Positions 1-9,560 of a stretch of 64,000 nt of DNA are shown here, in pieces. The number at the start of each line of letters is the position of its first letter. Within the stretch, counting starts at the first letter, position 1. Source of the stretch: Gammaproteobacteria bacterium (lineage in GTDB: Bacteria > Pseudomonadota > Gammaproteobacteria > Xanthomonadales > Wenzhouxiangellaceae); assembly GCA_050485825.1 (NCBI GenBank), contig JBJHCC010000010.1, positions 23,895-87,894 on the forward strand. The letters are read 5' to 3'. The notes below the pieces were generated by a model. That model had not been told where the DNA came from. It made no database searches and worked only from the letters and a program-made list of their open reading frames with translations. Made by a program: the position numbers and the translations under genes.

Positions 1-2
1 CC

Positions 3-905
3 AAACCAGACCGAGATCAGAAAGGCCGCCACCACTACCAGTACCGCGGGCAGCAGCGCGACACCTTGAATGCGACCACGCAGCCGGGCCAGCAGGACAA
101 CCGCTGCCAGTGCCGCCACCAGGCCCGCTGCCGAGCCCAGGCGCGAGGCCGAGCTGAAAATGGCCGCCGCGATCAGTGCCCCGGCAATCACGCTGCCGGT
201 CAGCTTGAGCTCGGTCGGCAGCCTGCCCAGCAGCGGCATGTCGCGAATCCACCAGACGCAAACCGCCAGCACCCAGGTCAGCGCCAGGTAGGCGGAGAAC
301 AGATTGCGGTTGCTGAAGCTGCCCTGGACCCAGGTGGTCGAGTGGCGCGGCCAGATGCCCAGCACCGTTTGCGCGCCGGTGAACTGGCTGAACAGGCCGT
401 AGACCGCCTGAAAGCAGGCCATCGCCGCAACCGCCAGCAGCAGCCAGTTGCGCTCCATGCGACTCAAGCGGCTGCTGATCCAGGCGATCACGAACAGCGC
501 CATGAACACCGCCCAGGCGCGCCGGCTCGCCGCGGGATCGGGCGACCAGCGCTCCGGGGTGAACGACGGATGCTGCCACAGTGCCTCCGGATACGGCCCG
601 AACAGCGCGGCCAGGCCGGTGGACGGCCACAGTTGCAGGGCTGTCGGCAGCGACACCAGGGCCAGTACCAGCCACCAGCCCAGGCCCGGCGGGGTGGCAA
701 AGCGCGCGCGATCAGGGCTCAGCAGAGTCAAACCCAGGGCCAGGATTGCTCCGGCCACCATCACCAGGCTGCTCAGGCTCAGCGTTTCGGGGCTGCGGTT
801 GCCCATCATCAGCGGCAGAATCAGAACCAGCCCGATCAGCGCCAGCGGCGCGATCAGGGTGCTGGGCGACAGCGCCGGCGATGAACGATGACGGCTTGGC
901 GACAT
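3..905 (-). CDS. O-antigen ligase/Wzy_C family polytopic membrane protein (partial, runs off left edge)
   Basis: Not in the ORF track. Manual minus-strand translation from ATG at 905 (MSPSRHRSSPALSPSTLIAPLALIGLVLILPLMMG...) is open to the window edge, with many hydrophobic helices and the motifs GSFSNRNLFSAYL and SASRLG typical of this family. Confidence 0.7.
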   Translation of the reverse strand, partial: MSPSRHRSSPALSPSTLIAPLALIGLVLILPLMMGNRSPETLSLSSLVMVAGAILALGLTLLSPDRARFATPPGLGWWLVLALVSLPTALQLWPSTGLAALFGPYPEALWQHPSFTPERWSPDPAASRRAWAVFMALFVIAWISSRLSRMERNWLLLAVAAMACFQAVYGLFSQFTGAQTVLGIWPRHSTTWVQGSFSNRNLFSAYLALTWVLAVCVWWIRDMPLLGRLPTELKLTGSVIAGALIAAAIFSSASRLGSAAGLVAALAAVVLLARLRGRIQGVALLPAVLVVVAAFLISVWF

Positions 906-1020
906 GAGGCCGGGAGATCAGTTCAGGTAGGAGTCAATGGTAAGCCGGCAGGGCCGCGCCGTCAGTGCCGATGACGCGCTGTCGGCTGGCCAGCGGCTTG
1001 ATCGCCAGGCTGCGGGTGGT

Positions 1021-2445
1021 TCAATAGTCCACCGCGGCAATTCGAAAGACCAGCGGATCGGGCACGATCAACCAGGTGACCCGCCGGCTCAGCACTTCCA
1101 GCTCGCGGGTCTGACGATGAATCGCGCGCAGCTGGTAGTCCGCTTCCAGCACCCAGCCATCCGGATGGCGACGCGCGTCGGTCACCCGAATCGAGACCTG
1201 GCGCCGGTCAGTCAGCTCGAACAGGCGCGCATAGGACTCTTCGACCCAGCGTTGCCCCTGCTGCCAGTTGGCGCGCGGCCCCTGCACATGGCTGCGCAGC
1301 AGGCCTTCGAGGCTGCCGCTCTCGACGCTCTGACGATAGCGTTCCAGCGTTTCCCGGATCGGCTGATGGCTGAGCGGGCCCATGTCCACAGTGCCGAAAT
1401 CGGGTCGGCTGGCCGCGCTTTGCGGCTCCGCGCCCGGGCCGGCCGGGAACCAATCCGCCAGGCGCTGCGAGACTGGCGCCGTCTCCGGCGTATGGGCTGC
1501 AGCCGGTACGGCCGGGGCCTGTGCGTCGCGGGCAGGGGATGTCACCGCCGCTGCCGGTGCTGAAATCGCGCTGGCCGGAATTTCTGTGGGCCTGGCCGGG
1601 GCCGGTTCTGCAGCCCGAGCCGCTCGCTCCTGAGCGATCACGGCCGGAATCTCGTTCAGGCGCTGTCGCGCCTGAGCCAGCTGCTCGAGTTCAGCCTGCA
1701 GCCCCGTGCCCTGGGGGATGAGCCCGTCCGGCTCAGGCCGCAGCGGTTGCCCCACGGCGGGCAGGAAGGAAGCGGCGTTGGCCGGGTCGTTCGCGGTCTG
1801 CTGGCTGCGGCTTTCCAGATAAACACTCAGTAGCGGCAGCCCGACAATGGCAATCGGGACCAGCGCCAGCAGCAGAGTCCTCGGCTGGCCCAGCCGGGCC
1901 AGCAGCCGGCGTCGGGGCGGCGCGTCGCCGAACGGGGCGATGCCCCGGTAGGCGGCTCGCGCCTGCGCCTGGCGCTCGCTGGCCTCGGCCAGCGGCAGCA
2001 GTTCTGGCGGCGGGTCGATCCGGCCGGTCTTGCGGTAACGGCTGTAAGCCTCGTTGATGGCCTGCGAGCGCAGCGTCAGCCAGGCTGCATGCCAGGGGTA
2101 GCGGTCCGGATGAAAGGCCGCCTGCAGCAAGCGAAAGCGGCGCCGCACATGGACCTCGTCGCGAGGATCGCGAATACCGGCGGCCGCGCCATCAAGGCGA
2201 CCATCGAAAAACAGCAGGTCATCCAGGGCGTCAAAAATCAGGGTCAGCAGATCGCGCTCATCACCGGCCTGCCCGAGCAGACGCTGCAGCGCCCGCAGAT
2301 CGGTGCTGCCCTCGGCCGCGCCCAGCCAGCCCAGCACGATGCTCAGTTCTTCGTCGTCGCCGGCCCGGATGCGGCCATCCCGCAGCCGCCGCGCCAGATG
2401 CTCGGCGTTGCGATGCTCGAAGGCCCGGTCGGGCTGGCCGTTCAT
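1021..2445 (-). CDS. J-domain (DnaJ-like) membrane protein with Ala/Pro linker and C-terminal periplasmic domain
   Basis: FRLLQAAFHPDRY...SQAINEAY J-domain signature, one TM segment (LLLALVPIAIVGLPLLSVYL), Ala/Pro-rich linker. Start moved to MNGQPD, which overlaps the upstream stop. Confidence 0.7.
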   Translation of the reverse strand: MNGQPDRAFEHRNAEHLARRLRDGRIRAGDDEELSIVLGWLGAAEGSTDLRALQRLLGQAGDERDLLTLIFDALDDLLFFDGRLDGAAAGIRDPRDEVHVRRRFRLLQAAFHPDRYPWHAAWLTLRSQAINEAYSRYRKTGRIDPPPELLPLAEASERQAQARAAYRGIAPFGDAPPRRRLLARLGQPRTLLLALVPIAIVGLPLLSVYLESRSQQTANDPANAASFLPAVGQPLRPEPDGLIPQGTGLQAELEQLAQARQRLNEIPAVIAQERAARAAEPAPARPTEIPASAISAPAAAVTSPARDAQAPAVPAAAHTPETAPVSQRLADWFPAGPGAEPQSAASRPDFGTVDMGPLSHQPIRETLERYRQSVESGSLEGLLRSHVQGPRANWQQGQRWVEESYARLFELTDRRQVSIRVTDARRHPDGWVLEADYQLRAIHRQTRELEVLSRRVTWLIVPDPLVFRIAAVDY

Positions 2446-3692
2446 GGCCCCGCCTCCGGCGCCAGCGGCTCGATCACCACATCGTCCAGCCAAAGGATGC
2501 CGCCGAGGTTGCGATCGAATGCCGTCGTGCTGTCCCGGCGCAGGCTGATTCGTAGCCCATGCGCTTCGGCCGGCAGCTCAAACTCCCAGGCCCAGGGCGT
2601 CCAGTCAAAGCTGGCCCGCGGGGTTTCAATCTGTTCGCGAAGCCTCGCACCTTCGGCCTCGATCCTCAGATAGGGTCGGGCGCGTGTACTCAACGCCTCC
2701 GCGCGCCAGTAGCCGCTCAGCCGATAGCGTTGCCCGCCTTGCAGCGCAAAGCGCACCGACGGCGCGCGCAAATCGATGTTGTCGGTGCCGGCGAACCGTA
2801 CGGCCAGCGACGCGGGCGGGCTGCGATACCGGTCGACATCGCGATAGACGGTCACGCTTGCCGGAACCGGCCCATCGCGCCAATTGAGGCCGCGCCCGAC
2901 GTCCAGGGGCCTCTGGAAGCGCCCGTTCGGCACATCGCCGAAGGCATAGCTGGGGTCGAACTCGGCCCACAGCTCAGCGGCCTCGCGCCAGCGGCCTTGC
3001 CGCATCAGCAGTTCGACATAGCTCGACAGCATCGGGTCATCGAGCTCGGCCTCTGGCGCGGCCCGCCGCCATACCGCAGCGGCCAACACCACATCGCGCT
3101 GGCGGTCGGCATGGCGCATGGCAGCCTGCAGATACTCCCGCTGCGGCGGCAGCAGCTGGTCGAGGAGGGTATCCAGATCCGGATTCCAGCGCTGCGCGCT
3201 GGCCAGCGCCGTGGCGACAGCGCCAGGCTGGCCCTGCAGCCAGTGCTTCAGGCTGCTCGTGGCCTGCTCGAATTCGCCCATCTGCAGGGCGATCTGGGCG
3301 GCTTGCCAATGGCTGGCGCGCTGCGCCGGGGCCAGTGAGACGGCGGTGGCGCTGGTGGCCAGCATGGTGTCGGCGTCGGCTTGCAGGGAAGTGGCCTGCC
3401 GCCGCGCCAGTGCCCACCACAGGCCATGATCCAGCGGCAGCGTGCGGAGCAGTTCGAAAGCCGAGCCGTTCCAGTCCGGCAGTTCGGCGCTGGACCAGGC
3501 CGACGCCGTCACCCGGGCCAGATCGGCGCGGGCATGGCCACCGCGGATGTCGGCTGCTGCCGGCAGTGTGCGGGTCGCCGCTTGCCCCTGCGCCAGCGTC
3601 CGCAGGTCGCGAAACTCGATCACCGTCACCGCCAGGGCCAGAATCAGCCCGGCCAGCAGCAGCGAACGGCTCACCGTCGCGGCGGCCGTCAC
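2442..3692 (-). CDS. Membrane-anchored helical-repeat (TPR-like) protein with C-terminal carbohydrate-binding-like beta domain
   Basis: N-terminal hydrophobic anchor, helical repeats, and a C-terminal GNFE-like/LWLDDVVIEP beta-sandwich pattern; sits in the wzc operon. Confidence 0.5.
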   Translation of the reverse strand: MTAAATVSRSLLLAGLILALAVTVIEFRDLRTLAQGQAATRTLPAAADIRGGHARADLARVTASAWSSAELPDWNGSAFELLRTLPLDHGLWWALARRQATSLQADADTMLATSATAVSLAPAQRASHWQAAQIALQMGEFEQATSSLKHWLQGQPGAVATALASAQRWNPDLDTLLDQLLPPQREYLQAAMRHADRQRDVVLAAAVWRRAAPEAELDDPMLSSYVELLMRQGRWREAAELWAEFDPSYAFGDVPNGRFQRPLDVGRGLNWRDGPVPASVTVYRDVDRYRSPPASLAVRFAGTDNIDLRAPSVRFALQGGQRYRLSGYWRAEALSTRARPYLRIEAEGARLREQIETPRASFDWTPWAWEFELPAEAHGLRISLRRDSTTAFDRNLGGILWLDDVVIEPLAPEAGP

Positions 3693-3704
3693 GGCCTTAT
3701 TCCG

Positions 3705-6068
3705 TCAGCCTGAGCTGGCAGCCTTGGCCGGCCGAGCATCAGCTTCTTCCGAATCCCCTTCGTTGTAGTAGTTGTAGTAGTACGACGAGTAGTACGCGTA
3801 GTCCGGGTTGTCCAGGTCCACCTGGTTCAGCACCACCCCCAACAATGGTGCCTGCACCTGGGACAAGCGCCGAACGCTGGTCTTGATATTGTCCTTGCGC
3901 GTCCTGCCGGAGCTGGTCACCATGATCACCCCATCAACCAGGCGCGACAGCACCAGCGCGTCGGCCAGGCCCAGGATCGGCGCTGAATCGATGATCACAT
4001 GATCAAAGGCGCGTGCGGCCATGTCGATGATCTTGCGCATCCGCTCGGAGCCGAGCAGCTCGGCAGGGTTCGGCGCATGGCTGCCGCTGGGCATCAGGAA
4101 CAGGCCGTCGACGGTGGTGGCCACGATCGCCGAGCTGCTGCCGGCAACGTCCGCGCCGGCGATACGGTTCGACAGCCCGGGCGCTGCCGGAATGCCGAAA
4201 TCTCGATGCAGTCGCGGCTTGCGCAGGTCGGCGTCAATCAGCAGCACCCTGGCGCCGTTCTGGGCCATCACCGTCGCCAGGTTGATGGCGTTGGTGGTCT
4301 TGCCATCCCCCGGTCCGGGGCTGGTGACCAGAATCGTCCTGGGCATACCACTGGGTGTTGAGAACATCAGGCTGGTGCGCAGCGAACGGAAGGCCTCGGA
4401 CACGGCGGACTTCGGGTGCAGTTCGCTGTAGTGACTGACCGCGCGATCAGCCAGCCCTCGACTCAACGCGCTCATGCTGGCCCGATCACGTTGCTTGACC
4501 ATCGGCACCAGGCCAATGACGGGGCGGCGGACCAGCTTTTCGAGGTCTTCGACCCGGCGAATCGTCGTGTCGAGGAACTCCAGCATGACCGCCAGCCCAA
4601 CTGCCAGCGCAATCCCGATCGCCAGAGCCATGACGATATTCCGCTGAGTATTCGGCAGATAGGGCCGCCCGACCGGCAGGGCGCCGTCGATCAAGGCGAC
4701 ATTGTTTTCCTGGATCCCGGCCGCGATGCCGATTTCCTTCAGTCGCTGCAGCATGCCGTCATAGAGTTCCCGGCTGGTCTCGAACTCGCGCCGCAGAATG
4801 TTGTACTGCACACCTTGCTGGTTCAGAGTCAGCAGTTCGCCTTCGCGTTCCTCGATCGCCCGACCCAGCGTGCGAATCTCGGACTCGAGATTCCGGTAAT
4901 CCGTGATGACCCGGTCAATGATCTGGCGGCGCCGGTCTGCAATCTGTTGATCGATCTCCGCAATCCGCCCGCGGAGCTCCACCAGCGCTGGGAAGTCGTC
5001 CTGATAACGTTGCGAAAGGCTCACCTGTTCCAGGGCCAGGCTGGAACGTTGGGTGTTCAGGGCGCGAATGCGCTCGTCGTCAGCCACCAGGCGGATCTGG
5101 TTGCCCTGGCCGCTATCGATCAATTCGCGAAACGCCCGCAGCTGGATCAAGTCCCCCTGCGCGCGGGTCAGCTGAGCGTTGAGGTTGCGCAACGACTCGG
5201 TGCGCATCTGGATGCGCTCGCTGAGGTCGGCCACCCGCTGCTGCTGGGCAAAGTCCAGTAGCGACTGATCGGCCCGCTCCAGCGCGATGCGCATATCGTC
5301 GAGTTGCTCCTCCAGGAACGCTCGCGCCTCCTGGCCCGCATCATATCGACGCTGCATGCTCGAGCGCATGTATTCCTCAGCCACAGCGTTGGCTAGTTGA
5401 GCAGCGAACTGGGGATCGAAGGCCGAAACAGAAATATTCACCAGCCGCGAGTTGGGACGTCCGGCGACCTGAATCCGTCCCCGAAGAATCGATCCCGCCC
5501 GCCGAATCGCCCATTCCCTGGCTCGTTCTGGGTCAACCCCTGCCATCGGATCGCTACTGGCGTCGCGATTGAGTGCTTGCCGGATCCGCCACGGCAGCAT
5601 CCGCAGTTCCCCGCTGAGGCTGCGCTGATAGATCTCGCCGGACAGCTCAGGATGGTTTTCAATCCCCAGGCGACGGACCACATCTTCGGAAAGCTGACGC
5701 CCACGGAGGATCTCGAACTGCGTCTGGCGGAACTCTTCTACGCCTTGCCAGCTTCTCGGGGTGGCTTCGAAGTCCTCGATGCGCAGGATGCGGGCAGAGT
5801 CGTGGTTGATCTGGATAACGGCCGTGGAGCGGTAGGCGGGAACGGTCAGCATGGTTTGCAGAATGCCGATGCACAAGGCAACGGTGATCACGCTGGCTAC
5901 GATCCATCTGCGCTTGCGGACAGCGTTCCACAAGACCAGCAGATCAATGACTTCTTCGTTTGAGCTCTCTTCGCTCGCCCATTGGTACGGGTCGTACTTG
6001 GCGAGCGCGGTAGCGTTTTTTTCGACCGGCTTCAGGTGCCGCCCCGTCGATTCAGTATTGTCGGACAT
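3705..6068 (-). CDS. wzc: Polysaccharide co-polymerase / BY tyrosine kinase (Wzc/GumC/ExoP family)
   Basis: Two TM segments flanking a coiled coil, Walker A SPGPGDGKTT, LIDADLRKP, IIDSAP, and C-terminal Tyr cluster YAYYSSYYYNYY. Confidence 0.93.
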   Translation of the reverse strand: MSDNTESTGRHLKPVEKNATALAKYDPYQWASEESSNEEVIDLLVLWNAVRKRRWIVASVITVALCIGILQTMLTVPAYRSTAVIQINHDSARILRIEDFEATPRSWQGVEEFRQTQFEILRGRQLSEDVVRRLGIENHPELSGEIYQRSLSGELRMLPWRIRQALNRDASSDPMAGVDPERAREWAIRRAGSILRGRIQVAGRPNSRLVNISVSAFDPQFAAQLANAVAEEYMRSSMQRRYDAGQEARAFLEEQLDDMRIALERADQSLLDFAQQQRVADLSERIQMRTESLRNLNAQLTRAQGDLIQLRAFRELIDSGQGNQIRLVADDERIRALNTQRSSLALEQVSLSQRYQDDFPALVELRGRIAEIDQQIADRRRQIIDRVITDYRNLESEIRTLGRAIEEREGELLTLNQQGVQYNILRREFETSRELYDGMLQRLKEIGIAAGIQENNVALIDGALPVGRPYLPNTQRNIVMALAIGIALAVGLAVMLEFLDTTIRRVEDLEKLVRRPVIGLVPMVKQRDRASMSALSRGLADRAVSHYSELHPKSAVSEAFRSLRTSLMFSTPSGMPRTILVTSPGPGDGKTTNAINLATVMAQNGARVLLIDADLRKPRLHRDFGIPAAPGLSNRIAGADVAGSSSAIVATTVDGLFLMPSGSHAPNPAELLGSERMRKIIDMAARAFDHVIIDSAPILGLADALVLSRLVDGVIMVTSSGRTRKDNIKTSVRRLSQVQAPLLGVVLNQVDLDNPDYAYYSSYYYNYYNEGDSEEADARPAKAASSG

Positions 6069-6280
6069 TGCTGCTCTTGGGGCTCAGTGCGGCGGGCTGG
6101 GGTTTAAGCTTGGCCGTTGGCCTCCTGATTGAGGCTGGAACTGGCCCGGAACGAGCGCGTCAGGGAGCGGGCTCGCTCCAAGTACGCGCTGGACAAGACC
6201 TGGCTGTGGAAGACCCGAAACCGGAGCGCATGACGCTGCGCACTGAAGCTGCAAGAGTCCCCCTCAACCCGCCAGAGCGT

Positions 6281-6775
6281 TCAGGGGCTGATCGACTCCG
6301 GTCGGTTGTTTCCAGGCCGTTCCGGCACTAGGGCGCTGGCGGAAGCATCCGCGATTTCGACGGAAGCGTCGAGCAGACCATCCGCCACACGAACCTCTTG
6401 GCCGCTTTCGAGTGCTTTTCGGCTGCCAGTCACGTCTACAAACTCAGCGCGCCCGATGACTCGAAAGCCCGAGATTCCGCGTTCGGTGCCGTCTATCACC
6501 AGCAATTCTGAGTTTTCGGCCAGCCTAATAATGCCGCCGCCATTCAAACTGAGCGTGGCCGACCCGGCGCGAGTCGCAATCCGATCGTTGGCAAAGACCA
6601 CCTGCGGCTCACGTCCCGCCGCGACAACGCGTTCAGACCCGGCAGGTAACAGCTCGACGACGCCCGATCCTTCCAGATAGCCCGCTGGTCCAGCCCAGGC
6701 CGTAGCGGCGCCCAACAACAGGGCTAACGCCGAACCCAACCGAATTCCCTTCTCCGCGTCCGCGTTGATCTTCAT
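6281..6775 (-). CDS. Secreted FecR-like domain protein
   Basis: Signal peptide (LALLLGAATAWA) and TRAGSATLSLNGGGIIRLAENSEL, resembling the FecR periplasmic motif. Confidence 0.5.
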   Translation of the reverse strand: MKINADAEKGIRLGSALALLLGAATAWAGPAGYLEGSGVVELLPAGSERVVAAGREPQVVFANDRIATRAGSATLSLNGGGIIRLAENSELLVIDGTERGISGFRVIGRAEFVDVTGSRKALESGQEVRVADGLLDASVEIADASASALVPERPGNNRPESISP

Positions 6776-6850
6776 GACTAGCCCCTAGTGCTGAAAGTCT
6801 CAAAATACGCCAGACTCTGTCGACAGACCCGGCAAGTAGCAAGCATCTGT

Positions 6851-6879
6851 ATGCTACATGGGCGCCGGGGCAAGGTCAA
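6851..6879 (-). promoter_or_regulatory. sigma70-like promoter for the leftward export arm
   Basis: Minus strand TTGACC-17 bp-TAGCAT. Confidence 0.6.
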
Positions 6880-6902
6880 ACGACCGTCGGGGCAGCCGGC
6901 CG

Positions 6903-6931
6903 TTTACTTTGCAGGTGCCCCGCGGTACCAT
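6903..6931 (+). promoter_or_regulatory. sigma70-like promoter for the rightward glycan operon
   Basis: TTTACT-17 bp-TACCAT, about 70 bp upstream of the ops site. Confidence 0.6.
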
Positions 6932-6979
6932 TTTGCGGCGTTCATCCATTGAACAGATGCGCAAAAAGCCTTTAAATCC

Positions 6980-7014
6980 AAGCATTTGGGTGCTTTCCCA
7001 AGGGCGGTAGCGTG
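6980..7014 (+). promoter_or_regulatory. JUMPstart-like element with ops site (RfaH loading)
   Basis: GGCGGTAGCGTG at 7003-7014, preceded by a small AAGCA-TTTGGG-TGCTT hairpin, at the head of a polysaccharide operon. Confidence 0.85.
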
Positions 7015-7094
7015 CCTAGTGCTTGCTTAGGCAAAGTATCACAAGCCGGGCTTGACCGGCCTCACAGAGCCAATATTCAAGGCCAAAAGTCCAC

Positions 7095-7454
7095 TTGGAC
7101 CTCGAAACTCGACTGCAGCTGCTGCGCCTGCTCGACCGCAACCCGGACCTCAGCCAGCGCGACCTTGCCCGCGAACTGGGCATCAGTCTGGGCAAGACGC
7201 ACTATGCCCTGCGTGCATTGATCGAACGCGGTTGGGTCAAAGCCGGCAACTTTGGGCGCAGCCGAAGCAAGCACCGCTACCTCTACCAGCTCACCCCCAG
7301 CGGCCTCGCCGCCAAGGCCCGCATCACCCAGCGCTTCCTGAAGCGCAAGCTGGAAGAACACAAAGCCCTGACAAGGCAAATCGAAGAAATCCGCCGAGAA
7401 ATCCAGGAAAACGGCCTCCCAACCCTGGAAAAAGCCACCAATTCAGGCGGCTGA
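7095..7454 (+). CDS. EPS-associated MarR-family winged-helix regulator
   Basis: LSQRDLARELGISLGKTHYALRALIERGWVK...YLYQLTPSG; first gene of the operon. Confidence 0.88.
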   Translation: MDLETRLQLLRLLDRNPDLSQRDLARELGISLGKTHYALRALIERGWVKAGNFGRSRSKHRYLYQLTPSGLAAKARITQRFLKRKLEEHKALTRQIEEIRREIQENGLPTLEKATNSGG

Positions 7455-7458
7455 AAGA

Positions 7459-7513
7459 CCGGAAGCCTGAAACCGAAAACCGTTAGTTCCTGAACCCTGA
7501 GCCCTGAAACCCA
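7459..7513 (+). repeat. Degenerate heptamer tandem array (CCnnAAn)
   Basis: ccggaag cctgaaa ccgaaaa ... ccctgag ccctgaaa between the marR stop and the gmd start. Confidence 0.75.
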
Positions 7514-7521
7514 ATATCCCC

Positions 7522-8634
7522 GTGCCCAAATCCGCCCTAATCACCGGCATCACCGGCCAGGACGGCGCCTATCTCGCAGAATTCCTGCTGGAGAAGGGCT
7601 ATGTCGTCCACGGCATCAAACGCCGCGCGTCCTCCTTCAATACCGACCGCATCGACCACCTCTACCAGGACCCGCACGAGACCGACCGCCGCCTGATCCT
7701 GCACTATGGCGACCTGACCGACGCGACCAACCTGATTCGCATCCTTCAGCAGGTCCAGCCCGACGAGATCTACAACCTCGGTGCCCAGAGCCACGTCCAG
7801 GTCTCGTTCGAAACGCCGGAATACACCGCCAACAGCGACGCCGTCGGCACCCTGCGGCTGCTTGAAGCTATCCGCATTCTGGGCCTGGAGGGAAAGTCCC
7901 GCTTCTACCAGGCCAGTACCTCGGAGCTCTACGGCAAGGTGCAGGAAACCCCGCAGCGCGAAACGACGCCGTTCTACCCGCGCTCGCCCTATGGCGTGGC
8001 CAAGCTCTACGCCTACTGGATCACCGTCAACTACCGCGAGGCCTACGGCCTGCATGCCTGCAACGGCATCCTGTTCAATCACGAATCCCCGCTGCGCGGC
8101 GAAACCTTCGTCACCCGCAAGATCACCCGCGCCCTGGCAAGGATTCATCTGGGTCTGCAGAACTGCCTCTACCTCGGCAACCTTGACGCCCGCCGCGACT
8201 GGGGCCACGCCCGCGACTATGTTGAAGCCCAGTGGCTAATGCTGCAGCAGGAAAGCCCCGAAGATTTCGTCATCGCCACGGGTGTCCAGCACGCCGTGCG
8301 AGACTTCGTCAACCACGCCGCTGCCGAACTGAACGTGGACATCGACTGGAAGGGTGAGGGCAGGGAAGAAGTCGGCATCGTCGCCCGCGCCCCGCAAGGC
8401 TCGGCCATGAAGCCGGGCCAGACCGTCGTCGCCGTCGACCCCAAATACTTCCGCCCGGCCGAAGTAGAAACCCTCCTCGGCGACCCGACCAAAGCGCGCG
8501 AAAAACTCGGCTGGACCCCAAAAACCAGCTTCGAAAGCCTGGTCCGCGAAATGATGTCCGCCGACCTCGACCACGCCAAACGCGACGCCCTGGTCACCAA
8601 GGCCGGCTACCGCGCCCCGAATCATCATGAATAA
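7522..8634 (+). CDS. gmd: GDP-mannose 4,6-dehydratase
   Basis: [52 protein letters not shown]. Confidence 0.98.
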   Translation: MPKSALITGITGQDGAYLAEFLLEKGYVVHGIKRRASSFNTDRIDHLYQDPHETDRRLILHYGDLTDATNLIRILQQVQPDEIYNLGAQSHVQVSFETPEYTANSDAVGTLRLLEAIRILGLEGKSRFYQASTSELYGKVQETPQRETTPFYPRSPYGVAKLYAYWITVNYREAYGLHACNGILFNHESPLRGETFVTRKITRALARIHLGLQNCLYLGNLDARRDWGHARDYVEAQWLMLQQESPEDFVIATGVQHAVRDFVNHAAAELNVDIDWKGEGREEVGIVARAPQGSAMKPGQTVVAVDPKYFRPAEVETLLGDPTKAREKLGWTPKTSFESLVREMMSADLDHAKRDALVTKAGYRAPNHHE

Positions 8635-8729
8635 ACAAAGAGTTCCGGGTTCAGGTTTCGGGTTTCGGGTTTCGGGTGCAGAATTTGGCTTTAGAAACAG
8701 TAGAGTGCGTGTTTCTGGGGGCTGCTTAG
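8627..8729 (+). pseudogene. Possible vestigial 5' remnant of an earlier fcl allele, interrupted by heptamers
   Basis: ATG overlapping the gmd stop gives MNKQRV (E. coli Fcl starts MSKQRV). After the heptamer array, 8676-8729 reads VQNLALETVECVFLGAA*, compared with [18 protein letters not shown] in the intact fcl. Short match. Confidence 0.45.
8645..8677 (-). repeat. Heptamer tandem array, reverse orientation (GGTTTCG)n
   Basis: ccgggtt caggttt cgggttt cgggttt cgggt. Confidence 0.85.
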
Positions 8730-8757
8730 ATTGCACCAGAGCTTGAGAAGCGCACAT

Positions 8758-8777
8758 TGACACCGCATGTAGTGTCA
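8758..8777. promoter_or_regulatory. Inverted repeat, likely HicB operator
   Basis: TGACAC-N8-GTGTCA just upstream of the hicA start, overlapping a TTGACA at 8757. Confidence 0.55.
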
Positions 8778-8785
8778 CAGCTATA

Positions 8786-9082
8786 ATGACTGTCTCGGAA
8801 ATTATCGAGAAGCTGCAAAGCGCAGGCGCATCTATGCGCTGCGATGAAGTGAAGAGTCTGCTGGAGGAAATCGGGTTCGAAGTTCGCGATGGCAAAAAAG
8901 CTGGCCACAAATTGGTCCGGCACTCAGAGCTGTCTGCGGCGTCCGACTTTACGTCCACTTCATATACCTGTGGCCACGGAAAAAATCCTGAAGTCAAACG
9001 GGTCTACCTGGCGAAGTTGAGAAAGATCGTCGGCAAATACGAAGTTGAGCTACGAAAGATCAACGGAGAAGAGAATGACTGA
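8786..9082 (+). CDS. hicA: HicA-family toxin (mRNA interferase)
   Basis: LLEEIGFEVRDGKKAGHK (G-x-H-like catalytic motif), 98 aa, directly upstream of HicB. Confidence 0.8.
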   Translation: MTVSEIIEKLQSAGASMRCDEVKSLLEEIGFEVRDGKKAGHKLVRHSELSAASDFTSTSYTCGHGKNPEVKRVYLAKLRKIVGKYEVELRKINGEEND

Positions 9083-9560
9083 AGCGCAGGACTACAACAT
9101 CACACTGCGGCAAGTAACGGTCGATGGCGAGCGGCTGTTCGAAGCACGAGTTCACGAATTTCCGGATGCAACGGAGTATGCCGAAACCCCCGAGGAAGCC
9201 TATGAGCTCGCGCTCGAGACAGTTGCAGACAGCTTGGAAGTGCTCGCGGGGCTGGGCCGGCCAGCCCCTCAAGTGCATGTGCCGGCCGAAGAATTCAGCG
9301 GTCGAGTGACCCTTCGTCTTCCGAAAAACCTGCATGCCCGGCTTTCATCCACTGCCGACAATGAAGGGGTCAGCCTCAATCATTATCTCGTCACGCTGTT
9401 GGCTCACACTTGCGGAACCCGCTTCGACCCGGCCCGGCCCCAGGCTGAGCAGTGGAAGCGCCCTTCGGACCCGCCTCGAGAGGTCCGTTATGGGCAAACC
9501 CATTTGAAGGTCATTTCTTGCAACCAAGGCACTGACAACGGCTACCGCCGCGCCGGATGA
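9075..9560 (+). CDS. hicB: HicB-family antitoxin with C-terminal extension
   Basis: HEFPDATEYAETPEEAYELA, then RHH domain FSGRVTLRLPKNLHARL...GVSLNHY, then about 50 extra residues. Start at ATG 9075 overlapping the hicA end. Confidence 0.88.
   Translation: MTEAQDYNITLRQVTVDGERLFEARVHEFPDATEYAETPEEAYELALETVADSLEVLAGLGRPAPQVHVPAEEFSGRVTLRLPKNLHARLSSTADNEGVSLNHYLVTLLAHTCGTRFDPARPQAEQWKRPSDPPREVRYGQTHLKVISCNQGTDNGYRRAG

Noticed and set aside
66-884. Long alternative-frame or antisense ORFs (e.g. 66-884 +, 10723-11808 -, 13497-14438 -, 39452-40699 -)
   Set aside because: Shadow ORFs of high-GC coding DNA opposite well-supported genes; no motifs.
8757-8787. TTGACA...TATAAT as the hicA promoter
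   Set aside because: Spacer is 19 bp and TATAAT overlaps the likely start codon, so it cannot yield the full ORF; only the operator repeat was kept.
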